17,014 nucleotides of DNA from a bacterium (GTDB lineage: Bacteria; Hydrothermota; Tepidihabitantia; Tepidihabitantales; Tepidihabitantaceae): contig JAWOHE010000075.1 of assembly GCA_046485285.1 (NCBI GenBank), positions 1 to 17,014 on the forward strand, given 5' to 3'. Positions 1-7,729 of the stretch are shown here, piece after piece (position 1 is the first letter of the stretch; each line of letters opens with the position of its first letter). The position numbers and the translations under genes were made by a program. Under the pieces are notes generated by a model. That model worked only from the letters and a program-made list of their open reading frames with translations. It was not told where the DNA came from and did no database searches.

Positions 1-1150
1 CCACGACCCGGATCCGGATGCCCCAGACCGTCCCGACCGCGGTCCCGGACACCGCCGGGTCCAGCTCCAGCCGGTCGCCGACGACCTCGTAGGTCACCTC
101 GACCGGCGTCTGGGTCGCGTAGAGCGTGAACACCCCGGGCTCGGTCAGCGGCACGCGGTCCGACCGCGACGTCAGGAACTCGTATCGCTTCCCCCGGAAA
201 TACACGTACGCGGTGACGTCGCCGATCGTCGAGAGAATCCCGGTCTGGCGCACCGTCAGCGAATCCCCGACCCGGAACGTCGGCAGCTCCTCGGTCGTGT
301 AGAACCGCTGCATCCCGTAGTTCAGCGTGTCGGGCCGGAGCAGCATCCGAAGCGTCGTGTCGGCCATCCCGACCCGCTTCGCCACCAGCCCCATGTAGAC
401 CACGTAAGGCGCGTCGTTCGGGTTCGGCGCGTAGAACCGCGACCCGCCCGACCACTTCCACGGCGACCAGGACCCGCCCGACTTCCGGAGCACCGCGCCG
501 TCGATGCTCGCGCCCTCGAAGGTCTTCACGACCTCCCGCGAAATCGGCGAAAAGACCTGCTCGAAGAACGGCAGGGCCAGCGTCTCGCCCGGCTGGGTCT
601 CGATCAGCGAATCACGCAGGTACTTCGTGTAGCTGAACGCACGGTACCTCAGGAGGCCCGGGATGGACTCCACCACCGTCACGGTCGCGGTCGTCTCGTA
701 CGCCCAGGTCGTCTCCGCGCCGGCCACGGACACCAGCGTGTCCACCGACGCGATGAACGACGGCGCGAACCGGCGGCCGGACGACGAAAACTCGCGCTGG
801 AAACCGTCGTGGCGGAACCTCTGCTTGAACGGGTTCTCGGTCACCTCCCTCCGCAGCCGCGTCGCGGTCGTCCCCGGCATCACGGTATCGCACGCGCGCA
901 GGGAGTCATCGTCGAACGCGGCGGTGAACAGCGACCGATTCGCCTCCACCCAGCCGTTTATCGCGGCCGAATCCTCGGCCGACGGCTCCCAGAACCCCTC
1001 CGGCGGCATCCGCCCGCACCCGGCCACCAGGGCCAGTGCGAGCGCGAAGCCTGCCCACCTGCCCGCGCGATGCGCGCAGGCGGGCCTGGCGAGCGAAGGC
1101 GCGCCTCTCTGGGCCCGCCTCCGGCCTGCCTCGCATACACTCTGCATCAT
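1..1150 (-). CDS. Putative lipoprotein, hypothetical (3' end beyond the window edge, at least 383 codons)
   Basis: Manual translation gives a stop-free minus frame from ATG 1150 (or ATG 1147) to the edge: MMQSVCEAGRRRAQRGAPSLARPACAHRAGRWAGFALALALVAG-C-GRMPPEGFWEPS...VWGIRIRVV. SD AAGGAGG at 1160-1154. Hydrophobic stretch followed by lipobox LVAG/C (Cys45, codon 1018-1016). Confidence 0.85.
   Translation of the reverse strand, partial: MMQSVCEAGRRRAQRGAPSLARPACAHRAGRWAGFALALALVAGCGRMPPEGFWEPSAEDSAAINGWVEANRSLFTAAFDDDSLRACDTVMPGTTATRLRREVTENPFKQRFRHDGFQREFSSSGRRFAPSFIASVDTLVSVAGAETTWAYETTATVTVVESIPGLLRYRAFSYTKYLRDSLIETQPGETLALPFFEQVFSPISREVVKTFEGASIDGAVLRKSGGSWSPWKWSGGSRFYAPNPNDAPYVVYMGLVAKRVGMADTTLRMLLRPDTLNYGMQRFYTTEELPTFRVGDSLTVRQTGILSTIGDVTAYVYFRGKRYEFLTSRSDRVPLTEPGVFTLYATQTPVEVTYEVVGDRLELDPAVSGTAVGTVWGIRIRVV
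1058..1084 (+). repeat. Family A palindromic element, 27 nt (copy 1), in frame within the lipoprotein signal-peptide n-region
   Basis: cctgcccgcgcgatgcgcgcaggcggg. Reads PACAHRAGR (codons 23-31) on the minus strand. Confidence 0.9.
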
Positions 1151-1303
1151 CAGCCTCCTTATGTGCCCTGCCGACAACGGACCCCGGACTCGGGTCTCCG
1201 GTCCCCGACGCGGCAGGAACCTCAGTCAAACCGGCAACTCTACCTCCGCACCCCGCCCCGGCCCGGGCCCTCCGAGGAACCGGGGTGCATTCAGCCTGCA
1301 CAG

Positions 1304-1331
1304 AATCTATGCGCAATATTCTCGGTGTCAA
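1304..1331 (-). promoter_or_regulatory. Sigma70-type promoter for the lipoprotein gene
   Basis: Minus strand TTGACA (1331-1326), 16-nt spacer, TAGATT (1309-1304). Confidence 0.6.
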
Positions 1332-1407
1332 GACGGTGATTGCCGGCCCGGACGCGAGCCGGGCATCGGCGGTCGGAAGCGGTCATCCCCCGCCCGGCGG
1401 CCCGGTA

Positions 1408-1435
1408 TTGACAACGCCGACTTCGGTCCTATCAT
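1408..1435 (+). promoter_or_regulatory. Sigma70-type promoter for the GNAT gene
   Basis: TTGACA (1408-1413), 16-nt spacer, TATCAT (1430-1435), 31 nt upstream of ATG 1467. Confidence 0.65.
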
Positions 1436-1466
1436 CCACCAGACCCGGCAACGAAACAAAACAGCG

Positions 1467-2420
1467 ATGAACGGGAAAGCGAGACTCGAGGTTCGGACGC
1501 TGGCGCCGGAACACTGGCGCCCGGTTGCCCGGCTCACGACGTCGATTTCGCGGGAACTCCGGGCCGAGGCACCCCGCCCGCTCAAAACCCAGCTCGCAAT
1601 ACTCTCCTCGCCTTGGCTGAAAGAGGAAGACGAGGCGCTGGTGCTCACCGAAACCGGCCGCGTGATCGGTTACGGTTGGGCCCGCGACCTCCCTTGGCGG
1701 GGGCGAACCGAATACGTCCACACCGGGCTCTTTCTCGCTCCCGAGGCGCGCTCGCCCGACCGCTACCGACTCCTCACCGACCGCCTCCTCGAGTCCGCCC
1801 GTCGCATCGCGCGGGAACGAGGTCGCCTCGAGGCGTGGATGCACTACCGGAGCATCGACACGGTCCATCCCCCGATTGTCCGGGCCATCGGCTTCCGCGA
1901 CACGCCGGTCGTGATGCTCGGTTTCAGCCACGACCTGACCCGGATACCGGACCTCCCGCCCCCGCCCGGGCTCGACTTCCGGCCTGCGCGCTTTCCCGAG
2001 GAACTCCCACTCATCCGGGAGTTGGCCCGCCGAAGTTTCACAAACCCCGAGACCGAAGGTGAGGCCGTGGAGCAGGACTTCTGGGACCTGTGGGCCGCGG
2101 ACTTCACCGCCGACCCCGAACTTCTCATCGTCGCCGATGCTGGCGGCGGCCCGGTCGGGTACTTGGCAGTCGCGCTTGCCGAGACACCCTCCTTCGCTGC
2201 GGAAATCGCCGAGACCGCGGTCGCTCCGGAGTGGCGCCGGCGCGGCATCGCCTCGCACCTCGCATCCCGTGCGCTCCGACACTGCCGCAAACGCCGCCTG
2301 CGTCGGGTCGTCCTGTCCGAGCTCAGCGCATCGCCCGCCGCCGCGATGCTCTGGCGCCTCGGCTTCAGACCTGACGCCGTCCGCACATACTACTTCTACA
2401 CCCGGCCGCTCGACATCTAG
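1467..2420 (+). CDS. GNAT family N-acetyltransferase (probably two GNAT domains, 317 aa)
   Basis: The C-terminal domain has the acetyl-CoA motif AVAPEWRRRGIASHL and LWRLGF. The N-terminal half has GRVIGYG...RAIGF. Start moved from 663 to ATG 1467, because the upstream part is antisense to the lipoprotein and spans two promoters. Confidence 0.8.
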   Translation: MNGKARLEVRTLAPEHWRPVARLTTSISRELRAEAPRPLKTQLAILSSPWLKEEDEALVLTETGRVIGYGWARDLPWRGRTEYVHTGLFLAPEARSPDRYRLLTDRLLESARRIARERGRLEAWMHYRSIDTVHPPIVRAIGFRDTPVVMLGFSHDLTRIPDLPPPPGLDFRPARFPEELPLIRELARRSFTNPETEGEAVEQDFWDLWAADFTADPELLIVADAGGGPVGYLAVALAETPSFAAEIAETAVAPEWRRRGIASHLASRALRHCRKRRLRRVVLSELSASPAAAMLWRLGFRPDAVRTYYFYTRPLDI

Positions 2421-2567
2421 CCGAGACCCGCCCTCCTCACCCTTCCTGGGCGCGGCCGGAGAAGCACCAAGACACGAAGACAGAGAATCCCTGTATCGCC
2501 CCCCCAAACCCTGTTCTTCTTCATGTATTTGTATCGAGTCCGCTCCTACCCGGAAGGCGCCCATGCC

Positions 2568-2595
2568 TTGACTCCCCGGGCGCCTGCCCTACAAT
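2568..2595 (+). promoter_or_regulatory. Sigma70-type promoter, near-leaderless, for the peptidase-efp-accC cluster
   Basis: TTGACT (2568-2573), 16-nt spacer, TACAAT (2590-2595). ATG follows 9 nt later with no SD. Confidence 0.7.
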
Positions 2596-2604
2596 CGAGT
2601 CGCC

Positions 2605-3687
2605 ATGAACAATCGCATACCGGCCTTGCGCCGATTGCTGGTCGGTGAAAATCTCGATGGCATCATCATCACCGATCTGGCCAACATCCGCTGGCTCTCC
2701 GGCTTCACCGGCTCCAACGCATTCGTTACCGTCACACGCTGGGGGGGCTGGTTGTACACCGATTTCCGGTACAAGGAGCAGTCCCGCCGGCAGGTGAGCG
2801 GATGTCGGGTTGCCGTGATCGAGCGCGGGCTGGTCGATAGCCTGCCTCTCGGGCCTCTGCGCGGGCTCAGGCGGGTCGGGGTCGAGAAACACCATTTACC
2901 TCTCTATGCGTTCGAGGCCATCCGGCGCCAGGTCCGGCCAATCGGGGCGAAGCTCGTGCCGGTCCGCAACCTAGTGCTGGAACTGCGCCGGGCCAAGGAC
3001 CCGGACGAGGTAAGGCTCATCGCCGCGGCCCAGCGCCACACTGACCGGGTGTTCCGGGAGGTGCTGGCGCTTGTCGCTCCCGGCGTCACGGAGCTGAGAC
3101 TGGCATCGGAAATCATCTGCCGCTTCAGCAGGGTCGGCGAGAGCGCTTTCCCGCCCATCGTCGCCTCCGGCCCGAACGGGGCAAAGCCGCACGCCGAACC
3201 CTCCGCCCGCAGGCTCCGGCCGGGCGACGCCGTCACCTTCGACATCGGCTGCCGTTACCGGGGCTACTGCTCGGATATGACCCGGACCGTCTTTGTTGGA
3301 CGTCCGCACCCGGACCTGCTCCAGGTCTACCACATCGTCCGCGAGGCCCAGCGCCGCGCCCTTGCCGAGGTCCGGCCCGGCGCCGCCTGCGCCGACGTCG
3401 ACCGCGCGGCCCGGGACTACATTGCCGACGCGGGCTACGGACCGCAGTTCGGCCACGGCCTCGGCCACGGCGTCGGCCTCGCGGTCCACGAACTCCCATC
3501 GGCCCACGCGCGTAGCCGACACGTGCTCGCGCCGGGCGATGTCCTGACGGTCGAGCCGGGCATCTACCTCCCCGGCCTCGGCGGCGTCCGCATCGAGGAT
3601 ATGGTCGCGGTGACCCGGACCGGCCGCCGCAACCTGACCCGCAGCCCCAAGGACGTGGTTCGCATCCAACCCCGTCACAAATCATGA
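2605..3687 (+). CDS. Xaa-Pro peptidase / aminopeptidase P family (M24B)
   Basis: Motifs NIRWLSGFTGS, TDFRY, GAKPH, FDIGCRYRGYCSDMTRT, HGLGHGVGLAVHE, TVEPGIY and GGVRIED. Usual position upstream of efp. Confidence 0.95.
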   Translation: MNNRIPALRRLLVGENLDGIIITDLANIRWLSGFTGSNAFVTVTRWGGWLYTDFRYKEQSRRQVSGCRVAVIERGLVDSLPLGPLRGLRRVGVEKHHLPLYAFEAIRRQVRPIGAKLVPVRNLVLELRRAKDPDEVRLIAAAQRHTDRVFREVLALVAPGVTELRLASEIICRFSRVGESAFPPIVASGPNGAKPHAEPSARRLRPGDAVTFDIGCRYRGYCSDMTRTVFVGRPHPDLLQVYHIVREAQRRALAEVRPGAACADVDRAARDYIADAGYGPQFGHGLGHGVGLAVHELPSAHARSRHVLAPGDVLTVEPGIYLPGLGGVRIEDMVAVTRTGRRNLTRSPKDVVRIQPRHKS

Positions 3688-3710
3688 ACTGTGAACCATA
3701 AACTAGCCAT

Positions 3711-4268
3711 ATGATCACCCCCAACGAGTTCCGCGCCGGCTCGCTCATCAGGTACCGGGACGGCATCTACGAAGTCCTCTCCTACCAGCGAAGCCGCACC
3801 GCCCAGCGCCGGGCGCGCGTTCAGGCGCGCATCCGCAACATCGACACCGGCGCCCAGATCGATGAGAGCTTCGAGTCGGAGCTCAAACTCGAGGAGGCCG
3901 ACCTCGAGCGCCGGAAGAGCCAGTTTATGTACGCCGACGACGTCGGCTACCACTTCATGGACCTCGTGACCTACGACCAGTTCGCCCTGCCCGTCGATGT
4001 GATTGGCGACAAGAAGTACTACCTGACCGACAACTGCGAAGTCGAGGTTGTGTACATCGACGGCGCGCCCAGGACCTTCCAGGTGCCGATATTCGTCGTC
4101 CTCGAGATCACCGAGACCGTGCCCGACTACAAGGGCGACACGGCCAGCGGCGGCGGCAAGCCGGCCACGACAGCCACCGGGCTCGTCGTCACGGTCCCCT
4201 TCTTTGTCAAGGTTGGCGACCGGATAAAGGTGGATACGCGCGAGAACAGCTACGTCGAGCGGGCATGA
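3711..4268 (+). CDS. efp: Translation elongation factor P (non-canonical tip loop)
   Basis: 185 aa. Motifs FMDLVTYDQ and KGDTASGGGKPATTATGLVVTVPFFVKVGDRIKVDTRENSYVERA. Confidence 0.95.
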   Translation: MITPNEFRAGSLIRYRDGIYEVLSYQRSRTAQRRARVQARIRNIDTGAQIDESFESELKLEEADLERRKSQFMYADDVGYHFMDLVTYDQFALPVDVIGDKKYYLTDNCEVEVVYIDGAPRTFQVPIFVVLEITETVPDYKGDTASGGGKPATTATGLVVTVPFFVKVGDRIKVDTRENSYVERA

Positions 4269-4277
4269 GCGGGGACC

Positions 4278-4304
4278 CCTGCCCGCGCGTTGCGCGCAGG
4301 CGGG
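4278..4304 (+). repeat. Family A palindromic element, 27 nt (copy 2), intergenic between efp and accC
   Basis: cctgcccgcgcgttgcgcgcaggcggg. Confidence 0.9.
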
Positions 4305-4368
4305 AGCGATCGGCGCTTCGCTTCCCGTCTCCCACCCCCCCCCGTTCTCCACGGCCGGAGTCTGAACG

Positions 4369-5703
4369 ATGAAGAAGGTGCTTGTCGCGAACCGGGGTGA
4401 GGTGGCGGTCCGGGTCGTCCGCGCCTGCCGCGACCTCGGCCTCGGGTCGGTGGTGACTTTTTCCGAGCCGGACCGGGACTCCCTGCCGGTGCTCATCGCC
4501 GACGAGGCGGTCTGCATCGGCCCCGCGCCGGCCGCGGACAGTTACCTGAACGTCTCCCGGGTGCTGTCCGCCGCGGAAATCAGCAACTGCGATGCCCTCC
4601 ACCCCGGCTACGGTTTCCTCTCCGAGTCGCCGGAGTTCGTCGAGGCGACCGAATCCTGCGGCCTGACCTGGGTCGGCCCCGGCGCGGAGACAATGCGCCT
4701 GCTCGGGGACAAGGTGAAGGCCCGGCGGACCGCGGCCGGGGCCGGGGTGCCGGTCCTGCCCGGCTCCGACGGCGAGGTGCGGGACTTCAAGGATGCCGCG
4801 CAGTTCGGCGCCGAGCTCGGCTACCCCCTGCTCATCAAGGCCGCGGCCGGCGGCGGCGGCAAGGGGATGCGGGTCGTCCGGAAGGCGCGCGACCTCGAAA
4901 GCGGGTTCAGGATGTGCCAGGCCGAGGCGAAGGCGGCGTTCGGCGATGGCCGGGTCTACGTCGAGCAGTACCTGTCCTCCGCCCACCACGTCGAGGTCCA
5001 GGTCCTCGCCGACCGGCACGACACCGTCATCCACCTCGGCGAGCGCGACTGCTCGGCCCAGCGCCGGCACCAGAAACTGCTCGAGGAATCGCCCTCGCCG
5101 ATCGTCGGTCCGGAGCTCCGCGAGAGGCTCGGCGGCTGGGCGGTCGCGGTCGCCCGCGCGGCCGGCTACGTCGGCGCGGGTACCGTCGAGTTCATCGTCG
5201 ACGCCGACGGCAACCCGTACTTCCTCGAGATGAACACCCGGCTCCAGGTCGAGCACGCGGTCACCGAGGAGGTCACCGACGTCGACATCGTCCGCCGCCA
5301 GCTCCAGATTGCCGCGGGCGAGACGCTCGACCTGCCCGCCGACGCCGGGGTCCCGCGCGGGCACGCGGTCGAGTGCCGCATCTACGCCGAGGACCCGGAC
5401 GCGGATTTCGAGCCGTCGCCCGGGCTCGTCACCGAGCTCAGGATGCCTGGCGGCCCTGGCATACGGGTCGAATCGTGTCTGATGCCGGGCTGGCGCATCC
5501 CGCCCCAGTACGACCCGCTGGTCGCGAAGATCATCGCTCGCGGCCGCGACCGGGCGCAGGCAATCACCCGGATGGACCGCGCGCTGGCCGAGACTGTCAT
5601 CGGCGGCGTCGCGACGACGGTCGGCTTCCACCGCCGCCTGCTCAAGAGCGGCCGGTTCCTGCGCGGCCAGCTCACGACCGCGATGCTCGACGAGGTCGGC
5701 TAG
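4369..5703 (+). CDS. accC: Biotin carboxylase subunit (acetyl-CoA carboxylase type)
   Basis: Motifs KKVLVANRGEVAVR, HPGYGFLSE, GGGGKGMR, ERDCSAQRRHQKLLEESP and FLEMNTRLQVEH. Stand-alone BC domain of 444 aa. Confidence 0.93.
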   Translation: MKKVLVANRGEVAVRVVRACRDLGLGSVVTFSEPDRDSLPVLIADEAVCIGPAPAADSYLNVSRVLSAAEISNCDALHPGYGFLSESPEFVEATESCGLTWVGPGAETMRLLGDKVKARRTAAGAGVPVLPGSDGEVRDFKDAAQFGAELGYPLLIKAAAGGGGKGMRVVRKARDLESGFRMCQAEAKAAFGDGRVYVEQYLSSAHHVEVQVLADRHDTVIHLGERDCSAQRRHQKLLEESPSPIVGPELRERLGGWAVAVARAAGYVGAGTVEFIVDADGNPYFLEMNTRLQVEHAVTEEVTDVDIVRRQLQIAAGETLDLPADAGVPRGHAVECRIYAEDPDADFEPSPGLVTELRMPGGPGIRVESCLMPGWRIPPQYDPLVAKIIARGRDRAQAITRMDRALAETVIGGVATTVGFHRRLLKSGRFLRGQLTTAMLDEVG

Positions 5704-5712
5704 CCCGGCATC

Positions 5713-5741
5713 TTGACATCCCGGCTCCCGGCGAATAGCAT
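5713..5741 (+). promoter_or_regulatory. Sigma70-type promoter for the TPR gene cluster
   Basis: TTGACA (5713-5718), 17-nt spacer, TAGCAT (5736-5741). The track's TTG start at 5713 is the -35 box. Confidence 0.65.
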
Positions 5742-5772
5742 TCCCCGAAGTGATGAGACTGGCGGCTCGGCC

Positions 5773-7683
5773 GTGAAGGACCGGCGACGGGAGTCGGGAA
5801 ACGGGTCCCCGGTGCCGCCCGCCTGCGCGAAACGCGCGGGTAGGCCGTTCGAGGCCGCGCTCGCCCGGGTCGATGCGATGGTCGCGCGCGCGGCCCGGCA
5901 GTTCCCTGAAGCCCTGCCCGCCTTCCACCCGGCCCGCCTGCGCGATTTCGCGGCCCTGGACCGGACCGAGGAAAACCCCGACATCGCCGCCTGGAGCGAC
6001 CTCGGCGGACCAGCCCGGCGCTGCGCGCCGGGCGGACAATCCGGAAACCTGCCGGAATCCTCCCTCTCTCCGCGCCGAGGGCGCGGCTTCCCGGCGGCTC
6101 TGGCCGCCGGGGCGACCGAGCCCGGCGCCGACGCTGACGCCGCCCGCCTCTTCTCCGCCGGCCGGGACCACGCCCTGGCCCTGCTCGCCGCCGAGGACCT
6201 CGGCGACGCCCTCCTGAGCGCGGACGAGCGCGAGCGGCTCATCATCCGGGCGGCCGGCGTCGCGCCCGCGGACTGCGCCGACCTGTTCGCCGAGCTCGCG
6301 CCCGGACCCGCGCTCGCGCCCGGCACTCTCGCCGGCGACCCGGCCGGGCTGGTGAGCGCGGTCCGGGCCATCGGCCGGCACTACCGGCCCGGCCCGGCGC
6401 TGGCCTGGGGAATGCTGGCACTCGCCAACTGCCGGGCTCCGGAGCAGTTGCGCGCGGCGGCCGGGAAGCTGGACCGTGCCGCCGGGCTGGTGACGTCCGC
6501 GTCCGCGGTCGCCCAGGCCTTCGAACGCGCCGCGGCCGCGTTCGACGCGCGCCGGGCGGTCGGGGTCCGCCGCCCCTCGACCGGCCTGTCCGCGCGTTTC
6601 GCGCAGGCGGGCGGCCAGGACCCCTGCCTCGAGACCGGGCTCGGCCTGCTCACAGCGGTCCGCGACCGGCTCTGGGAGCTTAAGCCCGACCGGGTCTCGA
6701 CCCCGTTCCTCCTGCCCCAGGTCCTCGACTGCTTCCTCGGCCCGGAGGCCGGGGTCGGCAACTCGCTCGGCCTGGCCCTGCTCGACGCGCTCGTCCTCGA
6801 CCGGCTCGGCTTCGAGTGCGGCTTCCTCGCCGACGGCGGCACGACCAGGCTCGAGGTCGGGCTCGAGGACCGCAAGGTCCACTGGCAGACGACCCGGCCC
6901 GGCCCGCTCGGCTTCATCGCCCCGGCCGGCGCGCGCCGGCTGTCGCTCGAGGAGCTGTTCGGCCTCGCCTGGTCGAGCCTCGCCGCCGCGCACTTCCTGA
7001 ACGGCAGGGTCGAGCCCGCGATCGCGAACTACGAGCGCGTCCTCGCGGTCCTGCCCGGGTCCGCCGACGCGCACCTGAACATCGGCAACTGCTGGCTCCG
7101 CCGCCGGATGCCGGACAAGGCGGCCGCGAGCTTCGAGCGGGCGGCCGAACTCCGCCACGACTTCGCCGAGGCGCTCTGCGGGCTCGGCAACGCCTTCTCG
7201 ATGCTCGAGCGCTGGCCGTGCGCCATCGCCGCCTATCGCCGGGCGGTCGCGGCCCGGCCCGACTACGTCGAGGCCTGGAACAACCTCGGCTTCGCCTACC
7301 AGCACCACGGCGACCCGGGGCAGGCCGTCGCCGCCTACCGCCGGGCGGTCGAGGCCCGGCCCGATTACGTCCAGGCGCACTTCAACCTCGGCAACGTCGC
7401 GCTCGAGCTCGAGCGCTGGGAGGACGCGGTCGGGCACTACCGCGAAGCGGCCAGGCTCCAGCCCTCGCTCGCCCAGGCCTGGTACAACATGGGCCAGGCG
7501 CTGTACCGCGCGGGCGAGCTCGACGGGGCCATCGCCGCCTATCGCCGGGCGGTCGAGGCGAACCCGAAGCACTTCGGCGCCTGGCACAACCTCGGCATCG
7601 CCTGGCGCGACAAGGGCGAGACCGATAAGGCGGTCGAGGCGATCGAGCGCGCGGTCGCCATCAACCCGAACCTGATGAGATGA
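5773..7683 (+). CDS. Tetratricopeptide repeat protein with a degenerate transglutaminase-like (SirB1-type) central region
   Basis: Seven consecutive 34-aa TPRs at the C-terminus (e.g. VEAWNNLGFAYQHHGDPGQAVAAYRRAVEARPDY). Central LLPQVLD...GNSLGLALL...RLG. Start uncertain: GTG 5773 (first in-frame start after the promoter) or ATG 5878. Confidence 0.85.
   Translation: MKDRRRESGNGSPVPPACAKRAGRPFEAALARVDAMVARAARQFPEALPAFHPARLRDFAALDRTEENPDIAAWSDLGGPARRCAPGGQSGNLPESSLSPRRGRGFPAALAAGATEPGADADAARLFSAGRDHALALLAAEDLGDALLSADERERLIIRAAGVAPADCADLFAELAPGPALAPGTLAGDPAGLVSAVRAIGRHYRPGPALAWGMLALANCRAPEQLRAAAGKLDRAAGLVTSASAVAQAFERAAAAFDARRAVGVRRPSTGLSARFAQAGGQDPCLETGLGLLTAVRDRLWELKPDRVSTPFLLPQVLDCFLGPEAGVGNSLGLALLDALVLDRLGFECGFLADGGTTRLEVGLEDRKVHWQTTRPGPLGFIAPAGARRLSLEELFGLAWSSLAAAHFLNGRVEPAIANYERVLAVLPGSADAHLNIGNCWLRRRMPDKAAASFERAAELRHDFAEALCGLGNAFSMLERWPCAIAAYRRAVAARPDYVEAWNNLGFAYQHHGDPGQAVAAYRRAVEARPDYVQAHFNLGNVALELERWEDAVGHYREAARLQPSLAQAWYNMGQALYRAGELDGAIAAYRRAVEANPKHFGAWHNLGIAWRDKGETDKAVEAIERAVAINPNLMR
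5818..5844 (-). repeat. Family A palindromic element, 27 nt (copy 3, inverted)
   Basis: Reverse complement is cctacccgcgcgtttcgcgcaggcggg. Reads PACAKRAGR in the TPR frame if the gene starts at 5773. Confidence 0.88.
6013..6112 (+). mobile_element. Family B 100-nt multi-hairpin MITE-like element (copy 1), in frame in the TPR gene
   Basis: 89/100 identical, ungapped, to the reverse complement of 10774-10873. Four stem-loops, termini CCCGGCG...CGCCGGG. Encodes ARRCAPGGQSGNLPESSLSPRRGRGFPAALAAG. Confidence 0.8.
6585..6611 (+). repeat. Family A palindromic element, 27 nt (copy 4), in frame in the TPR gene
   Basis: cctgtccgcgcgtttcgcgcaggcggg. Peptide LSARFAQAG. Confidence 0.9.
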
Positions 7684-7729
7684 CCCTGAACCTCGAACCT
7701 TCCCCGGCCCGCGGGAGCCGGGTCTAGCG

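Noticed and set aside
663-1466. N-terminal 268 aa of the 585-aa track ORF
   Set aside because: Antisense to the lipoprotein gene and crosses two promoters. The GNAT protein plausibly starts at 1467.
5713-5772. TTG start for the TPR gene
   Set aside because: The TTG is the start of a TTGACA -35 box with a correctly spaced -10.
5933-5945. Half-match to family A (cccgcctgcgcga), with similar half-matches near 9071 and 12689
   Set aside because: Only one arm is present. These are explicable by ordinary codons in GC-rich genes, although decayed copies cannot be excluded.
7222-7560. DNA-level repeats such as gccatcgccgcctatcgccgggcggtcg
   Set aside because: They reflect TPR unit similarity (AIAAYRRAV), not an independent element.
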